From positions 1 through 57,644 of the forward strand of contig JBEKYR010000032.1 in assembly GCA_049510745.1 (NCBI GenBank): a stretch of 57,644 nt of DNA, in the 5' to 3' direction. This stretch comes from Verrucomicrobiota bacterium (GTDB lineage Bacteria; Verrucomicrobiota; Verrucomicrobiia; Limisphaerales; Palsa-1400). The number at the start of each line of letters is the position of its first letter. Positions within the stretch are counted from its first letter, which is position 1. Both the position numbers and the translations under genes were made by a program. Under the pieces are notes generated by a model. It made no database searches and was not told the DNA's origin. It saw only the letters and a program-made list of their open reading frames with translations. Positions 30,436 through 39,778 of this stretch are shown piece after piece.

Positions 30436-31719
30436 GTGAAACTCACGGACCTGCGCGGCATTCTGCAATATATTCCGCGTTTTCGCGAAAAGATTTTCGT
30501 CATCAGCATTGATGGCGCAATCGTGACGAGCGAGAACTTCGCCAACATCCTTTTGGATGTGGCGGTGCTGCGCTCCCTGAGCATCAAGGTCCTGCTCGTC
30601 CACGGCGCCGCCGCCCAAATCGACCTCCTGGCCCGCGAACAAAACATCCAGGCTTCCGACCTGGAGGGCAGCGGCGTCACCGACGCCCCGACCCTCAGCC
30701 TGGCGCTGACCGCCGCCAACCGGCTGACGCACGAGATTTTGGAAGGGCTTAGCGCCAACGATCTGCGCGCCGCCACCTGCAACGCCCTCATTGCCCATCC
30801 CATGGGCATTATTCACGGCCAGGACCATCTCTTCACCGGCAAGGTCGAGCGCATCGATGTCGAACTCCTGCAAGGCTTGCTCGCCCAGGGCATCGTGCCG
30901 GTGGTCCCGCCCCTCGGGTTCGACGGCGACGGCAAGACCTACCGGGTCAATTCCGACGCGGTGGCCCTCGAGGTGGCCAAGGCGCTCAACGCCACCAAGC
31001 TCATTTACATCACCACCATCGACGGCTTGGTTTATCAAGGCCGGCTCATCCGGCAAATCCTCGTCGCCGATCTTGACGCGCTGTTGAGCCAGAACAAGGG
31101 CGGCTTTGCGCCGGAGGTCTTTTCCAAGGCGCACAACGCCGCCGCCGCCTGCCAGGCGGGCGTGCCGCGGGTCCATATCATCAATGGCCGCGTCGATGAG
31201 GCGCTGCTGACGGAAGTGTTTTCCAACGAAGGCATTGGCACCCTGGTCTATGCCAACGAGTACCAGCAGATCCGCCGCGCCCTGAAGAAGGACGTTCGCG
31301 CCATCTTATTATTGACTAAAAACTCCGTCGCCAACGAGGAGCTTATCAAGCGCACCCGGCCCGGCATCGAAAAGGTGATCAACGACTTTTACATATTTGA
31401 AACCGACAAGAACCCCGTGGCCTGCGTGGCCCTGCATCAGATCGATCCAACCAAGGGCGAACTGGCCTGCCTTTACGTCAGCCCCTCCCACGAGAACCAG
31501 GGCATCGGCAAAAAGCTCATCGCCTTTGTCGAAGCCAAGGCGCGCGAGATGGGCTGGACGGACTTGATCACGCTCTCCACCCAGGCCTTCACCTATTTTC
31601 AGTCCAAGGGCGGCTTCAGCGAAGGCTCCCCGGATGACTTGCCGCCGGCCCGCCGCGAAAGATACGAGCAGAGCGGACGCAACTCGAAAATCCTCGTCAA
31701 AAAGCTCGCGCCCAAATGA
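30436..31719 (+). CDS. argA: Amino-acid N-acetyltransferase
   Basis: Kinase-like domain (LLVHGA, YRVNSD) plus GNAT domain (ELACLYV..NQGIGKKL, YEQSGRNSK). Confidence 0.92.
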   Translation: MKLTDLRGILQYIPRFREKIFVISIDGAIVTSENFANILLDVAVLRSLSIKVLLVHGAAAQIDLLAREQNIQASDLEGSGVTDAPTLSLALTAANRLTHEILEGLSANDLRAATCNALIAHPMGIIHGQDHLFTGKVERIDVELLQGLLAQGIVPVVPPLGFDGDGKTYRVNSDAVALEVAKALNATKLIYITTIDGLVYQGRLIRQILVADLDALLSQNKGGFAPEVFSKAHNAAAACQAGVPRVHIINGRVDEALLTEVFSNEGIGTLVYANEYQQIRRALKKDVRAILLLTKNSVANEELIKRTRPGIEKVINDFYIFETDKNPVACVALHQIDPTKGELACLYVSPSHENQGIGKKLIAFVEAKAREMGWTDLITLSTQAFTYFQSKGGFSEGSPDDLPPARRERYEQSGRNSKILVKKLAPK

Positions 31720-32270
31720 ACCCCGCCCGCGCCCCGTTTCCTCCCGCCGCCCGGCGCGCCTGCGCCCGTCACGGCATCGCGCCGACCCGGTATTTTTTGA
31801 CGGTCAACATCGCCCGGCAAACGACCGCGCTCTTCGAGCGGCGGCGCGGCGGCTACGAGCTGCGGAAAACCTTCCGCTGCTCGACCTCCAAGTTTGGCAT
31901 CGGCGAAAGGGCCGGATCCAACATGACGCCGCGCGGGTTGCATTGCGTCGGGGAGAAAGTCGGCGGCGGCTGGCCGGTCGGCACGGCCTTCAAGAGCCGG
32001 CGGGTGGTGGGATTCACCTGGCAAGGGCGGCCGTTGGCTCCCATTGCCCACCGCATTCTCTGGCTGGAAGGTTTGGAAGCGGGCTTCAACCGCGGCGGCG
32101 ACCGCGATTCGCGCCGGCGCTGCATTTACATTCACGGCACCGGCAACGAAACGACCCTCGGCCGGCCCGATTCCCACGGGTGCGTTCATTTGTCGTCCGA
32201 CGACCTGGTGCCTCTCTACGACAAACTGCCGCAAGGCACGCTGGTCTGGATCGCCGAAGGGCCAGGCTAG
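31716..32270 (+). CDS. L,D-transpeptidase (YkuD family)
   Basis: TPRGLH, RILWLEG, IYIHGT, SHGCV catalytic motif. Confidence 0.88.
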   Translation: MNPARAPFPPAARRACARHGIAPTRYFLTVNIARQTTALFERRRGGYELRKTFRCSTSKFGIGERAGSNMTPRGLHCVGEKVGGGWPVGTAFKSRRVVGFTWQGRPLAPIAHRILWLEGLEAGFNRGGDRDSRRRCIYIHGTGNETTLGRPDSHGCVHLSSDDLVPLYDKLPQGTLVWIAEGPG

Positions 32271-32378
32271 TGCAGCGTCCGATTTTCAGCCTTGAACCTT
32301 CGCCCCCCCTGGGCGCAACGTTTTGCTTGCTAACTGTGGCAGTACCCATAGATTTAGCGGCTCGATTTGCATATTTAT

Positions 32379-32726
32379 ATGAGTAATAACGGCCTGAGTC
32401 CGCTGCTGGCGCAACAACCGCCCCTGGCGCCAGATCAAACCGGCGCCCAGATCAAGTTCCTGGCCATGATGGCGATCTTTGTCGTCATGATGTGGGTCCT
32501 CATGATCGGGCCGCAACGCAAGAAAACCAAACAATTGGAGGCCATGCTCAAAACCCTCAAGCCGGGCGACAAAATCATCACCGCCAGCGGCATCGTCGGC
32601 GTGGTCATTTCCATCAAGGAGAGAACCGTTTCCATCCGGTCGGCGGACACAAAAATCGAGCTGCTGAAGTCATCCGTAGCGGAAGTCAGTGAGCGGAGCG
32701 GAGAAAGCAGCGAATCGAAAAGTTAA
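32379..32726 (+). CDS. yajC: Preprotein translocase subunit YajC
   Basis: Single TM, PQRKK, LKPGDKIITASGIVG; upstream of secDF. Confidence 0.93.
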   Translation: MSNNGLSPLLAQQPPLAPDQTGAQIKFLAMMAIFVVMMWVLMIGPQRKKTKQLEAMLKTLKPGDKIITASGIVGVVISIKERTVSIRSADTKIELLKSSVAEVSERSGESSESKS

Positions 32727-32732
32727 ATTTGC

Positions 32733-35270
32733 ATGAAAAAACCTAAATTTTGGTGGGCCTTGATCGTTTTCCTGGTGGCGTGGTCCTTGTGGGAGATTTA
32801 CCCGCCGACCAGCGGGGACTTGATTGCGGAATTCCGCGATCAGGCCGATCCGGCCAAGGCGGATGCCACTTTCAATAAAATCGTGGACAAGGCCCTGGCC
32901 TTGGGCCGCGCCAACCCGGACCCGCACCGCCAATTCGGCAACCTCATGGCCGCCATCGGCACCAATGACATCCGCCCCTATTTTTCATTCCTGGATGTGC
33001 GCAACGAGGAGCGGCCCACTTATGCCATTCTCAACGTCCTGCAAAAAAAGGCGGCGGGCAAGATCAAGCTCGGACTGGACCTCCAGGGCGGCACGCAGTT
33101 CCTGGTCAGCCTGGACACCAACCACATGGTGAACGTCGATACCAACGGCAACAAGACCACGCTCATGCCGGCGGCGGAACGGGCGCGCTTGGTCTCGCAG
33201 GCCGCGGAGGTGCTCCGGCGGCGCGTCGATAATCTGGGCGTGTCCGAGCCGGTCATCCAGCCGGCGGGGGAGAATCACATTATGATCCAACTGCCGGGGC
33301 TTTCCCAGGTGGCGCAGGACGAAGCCAAAACCAACATCCAGAAGGCCGCCTACCTGGAATTCCGCATGGTGCATCCGCAGAGCGACCAATTGCTCAAGGA
33401 GGGCATTATCGAGCCGGGTTACGAAGTCTTGAAGATGAAACGCAAGTTGCTCGACGGCACGGTCACCTTGGATTCCTATCTCGTTCAGAAAAAACTGGCC
33501 AACGGCCTGACCGGCAAATATGTCCGGCGCGCCTTCCCCAACCGCAACCCGGTTTCCAATGAGCCGGTCATCGAACTGGAATTTGACAGCATCGGCGCGG
33601 AGAAATTCGGCGACGCCACCGGCGATCACGTCGGCGAGGAATTGGCCATCGTCCTGGACGGCCAGCTTTATACCGCGCCCCGCATCCGCGAACCCATTCG
33701 CAATGGCCGCTGCGAAATCTCGGGCGGCAACATGGACATCGACGAAGCCATCACCATCGCCAACGTCCTGGAAAACCCGCTGGAAACGCCGGTCAAGATC
33801 GACGAAATGCGGGAAGTGGACCCGACCTTGGGCAAGGACTCCATCAGCAGCGGGATCAAGGCCGCCATTTACGGCACCTTGCTCGTGGCTGCCTTCATGG
33901 CGTTTTATTATCACCGGTGCGGCGTCATTGCCGATGTGGCGATGATCCTGAACCTCCTCATCCTGCTCGGCGTGATGTGCTCAGTGGGCACGACGCTCAC
34001 CTTGCCCGGCATCGCGGGCATTGTCTTGACGGTAGGCATGGCGGTGGACGCCAACGTGCTCATTTATGAGCGGTTGCGGGAGGAAATGGGGCAGGGCAAG
34101 TCGATGCGCGGGGCGGTCGCGGCCGCTTACAGCCGGGCCTTCAGCACGATTTTTGACTCGCACACCACCACGCTCATTTCGGCGATCATTCTCATTTACC
34201 TCGGCACCGGCCCGGTCAAGGGGTTCGGCGTGACGCTGACCATCGGCGTGGCCTTGAGCTTGTTCACCAGCTTGGTCATGACCCGCTTGATCTTCGATTT
34301 CCTCCTCGAACGCGGCTGGCTCAATCGCGTCGGCATGCTTCATATCATCAAGAACCCGCATTGGGACTTTATGCGCTGGGCCAAGCCGGCGTTCATCGCT
34401 TCCTGGACCATTATTCTGGTCGGTATTTGCTACGGTATTTTCATCCGCGGCGAAGCTGTCATGGGCATTGACTTCGCCGGCGGCGACGCCGTCAAGATGT
34501 CGTTCAAGGAAAAGGTGGATGTCGATAAACTGCGCGCGGCCCTGGTCAAGGTTGCCGACACACAAATCCAATACCAAAAAGGCGACCAGCAAGAGATACT
34601 GCAAGTGGTGGCGCCCTTCGGCAAAGGCGGCGCCGTGACCAACGCGCTGATGACCTCCTTCCCCGCCGCCAGCTTCTACCAGATCGGCCATGACACCGTC
34701 GGCGCGACCGTCGGGATTGAAATCCAGAAGTCGGCCATTATCGCCTCCTTCCTTTCTCTCTTTGGCATCCTCATTTACGTCGCGTTCCGCTACGAGTTTT
34801 CGTTCTCCGTCGGCGCGGTCCTGGCAGTCATTCACGATGTGCTCATGACGCTGGGCATTTTCTGCCTGTCGGGCCGGCAGTTGAGCGCCCCGATTGTGGC
34901 GGCGGTTTTGACCATCATTGGCTTCTCGATTAACGACACCATCGTCATTTTTGACCGCATCCGCGAAGACCTCAAACTGGGTATTCGAGGCACCTTCAAG
35001 GAAGTTATGAACGTCGCCCTCAATCAGACCTTGAGCCGGACGCTCATCACCTCCGGCACGGTGTTTATCGCCACTTCGTGTTTGTATATCTGGGGCGGGG
35101 GCGTGATCAATGACTTTGCCTTCACCTTCCTGGTTGGCATCGTGACGGGCACCTACTCGAGCATCTACATCGCCAGCGCGCTGGTGCTCTGGTGGCACAA
35201 GGGCGAGCGGCCCAAGAGCGCAACCCAAGTGCTGATGGAGGAAACCGAAGGCGCCCAGGCGCCCGTCTGA
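32733..35270 (+). CDS. secDF: Protein translocase subunit SecDF (fused)
   Basis: KLGLDLQGG, LTLPGIAGIVLTVGMAVDANVLIYER, GIDFAGG, GFSINDTIVIFDRIRE. Confidence 0.96.
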   Translation: MKKPKFWWALIVFLVAWSLWEIYPPTSGDLIAEFRDQADPAKADATFNKIVDKALALGRANPDPHRQFGNLMAAIGTNDIRPYFSFLDVRNEERPTYAILNVLQKKAAGKIKLGLDLQGGTQFLVSLDTNHMVNVDTNGNKTTLMPAAERARLVSQAAEVLRRRVDNLGVSEPVIQPAGENHIMIQLPGLSQVAQDEAKTNIQKAAYLEFRMVHPQSDQLLKEGIIEPGYEVLKMKRKLLDGTVTLDSYLVQKKLANGLTGKYVRRAFPNRNPVSNEPVIELEFDSIGAEKFGDATGDHVGEELAIVLDGQLYTAPRIREPIRNGRCEISGGNMDIDEAITIANVLENPLETPVKIDEMREVDPTLGKDSISSGIKAAIYGTLLVAAFMAFYYHRCGVIADVAMILNLLILLGVMCSVGTTLTLPGIAGIVLTVGMAVDANVLIYERLREEMGQGKSMRGAVAAAYSRAFSTIFDSHTTTLISAIILIYLGTGPVKGFGVTLTIGVALSLFTSLVMTRLIFDFLLERGWLNRVGMLHIIKNPHWDFMRWAKPAFIASWTIILVGICYGIFIRGEAVMGIDFAGGDAVKMSFKEKVDVDKLRAALVKVADTQIQYQKGDQQEILQVVAPFGKGGAVTNALMTSFPAASFYQIGHDTVGATVGIEIQKSAIIASFLSLFGILIYVAFRYEFSFSVGAVLAVIHDVLMTLGIFCLSGRQLSAPIVAAVLTIIGFSINDTIVIFDRIREDLKLGIRGTFKEVMNVALNQTLSRTLITSGTVFIATSCLYIWGGGVINDFAFTFLVGIVTGTYSSIYIASALVLWWHKGERPKSATQVLMEETEGAQAPV

Positions 35271-35278
35271 CAAGGGCG

Positions 35279-36214
35279 ATGCCGGGCACGGTTTCCATCA
35301 CGCCGTGGCACTGGGCGGGGTTCATCCTCGTCATCCTGGCCTGTCTGGCGCTGGACTTGGGGGTGTTTCATCGGGTCGCGCGGGTGGTGACAGTCAGGGA
35401 GGCGCTGCTCTGGAGCGGGATTTGGTTTTTGCTCGCCATGCTCTTTGCCGGCGCGCTCGGCCGTTGGCGCAGCCAGGAGGAATCCTTCCAGTTTCTTACC
35501 GGCTACCTGATCGAATTCACCCTGTCGCTGGACAACGTCTTCGCCATCGCCCTGATCTTTGCCTCCTTCGGCGTGGCCCAGGCGCAGCAGCACCGTGTAT
35601 TATACTGGGGGATTGTCGGCGCCCTGCTCATGCGCGGCCTGATGATCGGGGCCGGCGCCGCCCTCCTCCAATCCTTCCAGTGGCTGCTTTATTTATTGGG
35701 GGCGTTCCTGGTTGTGACCGGACTCAGATGGGGCCTCTCCAGGCAGGAAGCCGTGCGGCCGGAGCGAAACCCGGTCATTCGGCTGGCGCGAAAGTTCTTT
35801 CCAATCTCGCCGCAGTTCGATGGCGGCAAGTTTCTGACGGTGGTCAACTCGCGCCGCGCCTTGACCCCCTTGGCGCTCGTCTTGCTGATGGTGGAGACCA
35901 CCGATTTGGTTTTTGCCACGGATTCCATTCCCGCCATTTTCGCGGTCACGCAAAATGCGTTCATCGTTTTCACCTCGAACATGTTTGCCGTTCTTGGCTT
36001 GCGGTCGCTCTATTTTGCATTATCCGGGGCCATTCATTATTTCCGGTATTTGCGGGTGGGGCTGGCCGGCGTGCTGGTGTTGATCGGTCTGAAAATGCTG
36101 GCCGCCCGATGGGTCGCGATTCCGGCCGGGCTGTCGCTGGCCCTGGTGGCGGCGCTTCTGGCCGCTTCGATCTGCGGGTCCATCCTGGCGGCGCGGCGTG
36201 AGCGGGGGGAATAG
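35279..36214 (+). CDS. TerC/Alx-family membrane protein
   Basis: GYLIEFTLSLDNVF, QHRVLYWGIVGA, DLVFATDSIPAIFA, FAVLGLRSLYF. Confidence 0.92.
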   Translation: MPGTVSITPWHWAGFILVILACLALDLGVFHRVARVVTVREALLWSGIWFLLAMLFAGALGRWRSQEESFQFLTGYLIEFTLSLDNVFAIALIFASFGVAQAQQHRVLYWGIVGALLMRGLMIGAGAALLQSFQWLLYLLGAFLVVTGLRWGLSRQEAVRPERNPVIRLARKFFPISPQFDGGKFLTVVNSRRALTPLALVLLMVETTDLVFATDSIPAIFAVTQNAFIVFTSNMFAVLGLRSLYFALSGAIHYFRYLRVGLAGVLVLIGLKMLAARWVAIPAGLSLALVAALLAASICGSILAARRERGE

Positions 36215-36230
36215 AACTGATGAAGGAAAC

Positions 36231-37961
36231 ATGAACTACCGCTGGACACTGGCGGCGCCGCAGCCGGGGCTTTGCCGGGAACTGGCGGACGCGCTGCATA
36301 TTTCCCCGCTGCTCGCCCAGTGCCTCCTGAACCGCGATTTGCGCCAGCCGGAGCTTCTCGCCCGCTTTCTGACGCCGCGCCTCAAGAACCTGGCGGACCC
36401 CTTTCTGCTTCCGAACATGGCCGCCGCTGTGGAGCGTCTGCTCATCGCGCGGGAACGGAACGAGTTGCTGGTGATTTTCGGCGATTATGATGTCGATGGC
36501 GTCACCTCGACCGCCTTGCTGGTCGAATGCCTAGGCGCGCTGGGGTGGCGGGTCGAACCCTTTCTGCCGCATCGACTGGAGGAAGGATACGGCTTGAGCC
36601 GGGACGGCATCGACCGGTGCCTGCGAAGTTTCCCCACGCGCCTTCTGCTGGCGGTCGATTGCGGCTCCAACGCCCTGGACGTCATCACCCAACTGCGGAG
36701 CGACGGCATCGAGGTCATCGTGCTGGATCATCATCAGGTGTCCTGTCCGCCGCCGCCGGCAGTGGCTCTGGTCAATCCCCAGTTGGGCGGGGACTTTCAG
36801 GAACTCTGTTCCGCCGGCCTGGCCTTCAAGCTGGTTCACGCCCTGGTCAAACGGATGCGCGAGCAGAGTCTGGCCGCCGCCGTCGTCGATCTGCGCGCCC
36901 AACTCGATCTGGTGGCTTTGGGCACGATTGCCGACTTGGTTCCGTTGCTGGGTGAAAACCGGATTCTGGCCGCCGCCGGCCTGGAACGCTTGAACGCCAC
37001 GCCGCGCCCCGGCCTGATCGCGCTCAAATCGGTCGCCGCCAGCCCGCCGGTCCTCGGCAGTTATGAAGTCGCCTTTCAACTCGCCCCCCGCCTCAATGCC
37101 GCCGGCCGGCTGGAAGACGCGCAAGGGGCGCTGCGCCTATTGTTGACACCGGAGCCGGCCGAGGCGCAATCGCTTGCGCGTTCGCTTGATGAGCGCAACC
37201 GCCGGCGGCGCGAGATCGAGCGGGCGATCTGCGCCGAGATCACCGCCGCGGTCCGGGCGCGGTTCCACCCGGAAAATCAGTTCGTCATCGTGGAGGGGCG
37301 CGCCGAGTGGCACGTTGGCGTGGTCGGCATCGTGGCCTCGCGTGTGTTGCAGGAGTTTTACCGGCCGACCATTGTCTTGGGCGGCGAGGGCGAGGTCTGG
37401 CGCGGATCGGGGCGCAGCATCGAAGGCTTTGACCTCGCCGCCTCGTTGCGGGCCTGTGAGGAATTTCTGCTGCGCCACGGCGGCCACGCCATGGCCGCCG
37501 GGGTGAGCGTCCTTCCCGCCAAAGTGCCGCTCTTGCGCGAGCGGCTCAATCAAATCGCGCGCGCCACCCTCCGCCCGGAACAACTCCGTCCGACCCTGAA
37601 ACTGGACGCCGAGGCGCCGTTGTCCGGGCTGGGTTTGGAGCAGGTCGAGGAGTTGGCGCGGCTGGACCCGACGGGGCAGGGGAATCCGGTGGCGCGGCTG
37701 GCGGTGCGGGGCCTGAGCCATCGGCGGCCGCCCCAACGCATGGGCAAGGAGAACCAGCACGTCAAACTGCGCGTCACCGACGGCCGGCACACGCTGGAGG
37801 CGGTTTGGTGGAATTGCGGCCGCGCGGCGCTGCCCGAAAATACTTTTGACATAGCCTGCGCCCCGGCGGTCAACTGCTTCAACGGGACGCGCTCGGTCCA
37901 GTTGAAGGTTCTGGACTGGCAGCCTTCGGGCGCGGCTATTCCCGGCCCGCCGCCGCGATGA
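36231..37961 (+). CDS. recJ: Single-stranded DNA exonuclease
   Basis: GDYDVDG, VDCG, LDHH, GTIADLVPL, APRLNAAGRL, GSGRS, GGHAMAAG. Confidence 0.96.
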   Translation: MNYRWTLAAPQPGLCRELADALHISPLLAQCLLNRDLRQPELLARFLTPRLKNLADPFLLPNMAAAVERLLIARERNELLVIFGDYDVDGVTSTALLVECLGALGWRVEPFLPHRLEEGYGLSRDGIDRCLRSFPTRLLLAVDCGSNALDVITQLRSDGIEVIVLDHHQVSCPPPPAVALVNPQLGGDFQELCSAGLAFKLVHALVKRMREQSLAAAVVDLRAQLDLVALGTIADLVPLLGENRILAAAGLERLNATPRPGLIALKSVAASPPVLGSYEVAFQLAPRLNAAGRLEDAQGALRLLLTPEPAEAQSLARSLDERNRRRREIERAICAEITAAVRARFHPENQFVIVEGRAEWHVGVVGIVASRVLQEFYRPTIVLGGEGEVWRGSGRSIEGFDLAASLRACEEFLLRHGGHAMAAGVSVLPAKVPLLRERLNQIARATLRPEQLRPTLKLDAEAPLSGLGLEQVEELARLDPTGQGNPVARLAVRGLSHRRPPQRMGKENQHVKLRVTDGRHTLEAVWWNCGRAALPENTFDIACAPAVNCFNGTRSVQLKVLDWQPSGAAIPGPPPR

Positions 37962-38949
37962 ACGGTTTCAACTCTTCCATCAAGCGGGCGAATCCGTCCA
38001 GGGTCAGTTGTTGCGCGCCATCGCTCCAGGCCTCGGCGGGATTGGGGTGGACCTCGATGAGCAGGCCGTCGGCGCCCATGGCGGCGGCGCCGCGGCACAG
38101 GCTGGCGACCAGATCGGCCCGGCCCGCCCCCTGGCTGGGATCAATGATGATGGGGCAATGCGATTCGTTCTTGATGATCGGGATGGTGGACAGGTCAATG
38201 GTGTTGCGGGTGTAAGTCTCAAACGTGCGGATGCCGCGTTCGCAAAACATCAGATTCCGATTGTTGTTGGACAAAACGTATTCCCCGGCCAGCAGCCATT
38301 CTTCGATCCGCATCGACAGGCCGCGTTTGAGGAGGATGGGTTTGCCGGTCCTGGCGGCGGCGACGAGCAACTGGAAGTTTTGCGCGTTGCGCGCCCCGAT
38401 CTGGATGATGTCGGCGTACTGGGCCACCAGTTCGACGTGTTGCTCGGAGAGCAATTCCGTGATGATGGCCAGGCCGGTTTCGCGGCGCGCCTTGGCCAGG
38501 AGTTTGAGGCCCTTTTGGCCCAGACCTTGAAATTCGTACGGGGACGTGCGCGGTTTGAAGGCCCCGCCCCGCAGGATGGTCGCCCCGGCCTTCTGGACGG
38601 CGTGGGCCGTGGTCATCAGTTGCTTCTCATCCTCCACCGAGCACGGTCCGGCCATGACCTGGAATTTGCGGCCGCCGATGAGGTGCTGCCGGGCCGAAAT
38701 GACGGAATTGGCCTTTTGCGCCTCGCGGCTGACCAGTTTGTAACGCTTTTGCACCGGCATGACCCGTTCGACTTGCGGCCAGGAACCGAGTGCTTCGAGG
38801 GTTTTGTGCGTCCGCTCGTCGCCGATGGCGCCGATGACGACCCGTTCGACTCCGCGCATGACATGCGGCTTGTAGCCCAGTGCCCGGATCTCCTTGAGCA
38901 CTGCGGTTTCTTCCTTCCGGGCGATGCCCGGCTTGAGAATGATGATCAT
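37936..38949 (-). CDS. aroF: 3-deoxy-7-phosphoheptulonate (DAHP) synthase, type I-beta with N-terminal regulatory domain
   Basis: MAGPCSVE, RGGAFKPRTSPY, QIGARNAQNF, CERGIRTFE, IEVHPNP..SDG. Start at MIIILKPG, downstream of the terminator. Confidence 0.95.
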   Translation of the reverse strand: MIIILKPGIARKEETAVLKEIRALGYKPHVMRGVERVVIGAIGDERTHKTLEALGSWPQVERVMPVQKRYKLVSREAQKANSVISARQHLIGGRKFQVMAGPCSVEDEKQLMTTAHAVQKAGATILRGGAFKPRTSPYEFQGLGQKGLKLLAKARRETGLAIITELLSEQHVELVAQYADIIQIGARNAQNFQLLVAAARTGKPILLKRGLSMRIEEWLLAGEYVLSNNNRNLMFCERGIRTFETYTRNTIDLSTIPIIKNESHCPIIIDPSQGAGRADLVASLCRGAAAMGADGLLIEVHPNPAEAWSDGAQQLTLDGFARLMEELKPFIAAAGRE

Positions 38950-38968
38950 ATATTTGTCACTTTGGATT

Positions 38969-39000
38969 AAAAAAAAAGCCGCAGGCGGCGGGCCTGCGGC
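38969..39000 (-). terminator. Intrinsic terminator of the aroF attenuator
   Basis: Minus strand GCCGCAGGC-ccgcc-GCCTGCGGC-T9. Confidence 0.88.
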
Positions 39001-39019
39001 AACGTTGGGAAGCAATCGC

Positions 39020-39106
39020 TTAAGGCGGCCCTGCGCGGAATACGGTACGGATATAATAATATCCGCCGCTCCGCCAGCTAAAAAACCAGTTGCCGCTGCT
39101 TCTCAT
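39020..39106 (-). CDS. Aromatic-rich leader peptide MRSSGNWFFSWRSGGYYYIRTVFRAGPP
   Basis: 28-aa ORF with 2 Trp, 3 Phe and 3 Tyr between a promoter and the terminator upstream of aroF. Confidence 0.82.
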   Translation of the reverse strand: MRSSGNWFFSWRSGGYYYIRTVFRAGPP

Positions 39107-39113
39107 TGCAGCC

Positions 39114-39141
39114 AGTCTAACAAAAACGACGAGGCCGTCAA
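39114..39141 (-). promoter_or_regulatory. sigma70-type promoter of the aro leader
   Basis: TTGACG-16 nt-TAGACT with a TG extension, 7 nt before the ATG. Confidence 0.65.
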
Positions 39142-39220
39142 GCGGAAAAACAGGCCCCCGGAAAACAGGCTTCCCGCGTTGGAGGTTTACAGTGCGGCCG
39201 AGATGTGTCATAGATACTGC

Positions 39221-39445
39221 ATGAGCACAGTGACCGAAATTCAGGACGCGATTGACAAGCTTTCCGGCAAGGAAAAGACCGCTTTGGCCGCTTGGCTCGA
39301 ATCGCGAGAAACACCGTTCATGTCCCCGGAAGAGGAGGAGGTGCTGCTTTCCCGGCTTGACCAAGCCAGCGTGGAACTGGATGCGGGCAAAGGAGTTTCC
39401 TTGGAACGGGTGCGAACCCTGGTTACGAAATGGGCTACAAGGTAA
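39221..39445 (+). CDS. Addiction-module antitoxin
   Basis: MSTVTEIQDAIDKLS..ELDAGKGVSLE; overlaps the downstream toxin. Confidence 0.75.
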   Translation: MSTVTEIQDAIDKLSGKEKTALAAWLESRETPFMSPEEEEVLLSRLDQASVELDAGKGVSLERVRTLVTKWATR

Positions 39446-39720
39446 ACTTCGCCCCACAGGCCCTCCAACGGCTCGAGGAAATCGTCCGCGTCATCGCCAA
39501 AGATAATCCTCCGGCAGCGGAAAAGTTCGGACTCCGTCTGGTGGATCGCACCGTTTTGCTGGCGGACTTCCCTGAATTGGGCCGTCCCTACCGCAAACGC
39601 GAAGGAGTTCGGCGGTTGTGGTGTCGTCCCTATTGGGTTTACTATCGTATCCAACCAGAAAGACACGTCGTCGAGATCATGGATTTCTGGCATTCGGCGC
39701 GACGCGACTCGGAGTTCTAA
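39430..39720 (+). CDS. RelE/ParE-family toxin
   Basis: YKVNFAPQA..LEEI..IAKDNPPAA, LADFPELGR, YWVYYRI, FWHSAR. Confidence 0.88.
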   Translation: MGYKVNFAPQALQRLEEIVRVIAKDNPPAAEKFGLRLVDRTVLLADFPELGRPYRKREGVRRLWCRPYWVYYRIQPERHVVEIMDFWHSARRDSEF

Positions 39721-39778
39721 AAGCGGAACTTTGTTCCTTGAAGTCTCGCCCCTGCTTCCGTAGGATGTGCGTCCATTG

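Noticed and set aside
35271..35278. yybP-ykoY riboswitch ahead of terC
   Set aside because: Only 8 nt separate secDF from terC, leaving no room.
38950..39015. N-terminal extension of aroF (and similarly leuA 5441-5473) in the ORF track
   Set aside because: The extensions run through terminator hairpins and U-tracts; family similarity begins at MIIILK and MKNNRI.
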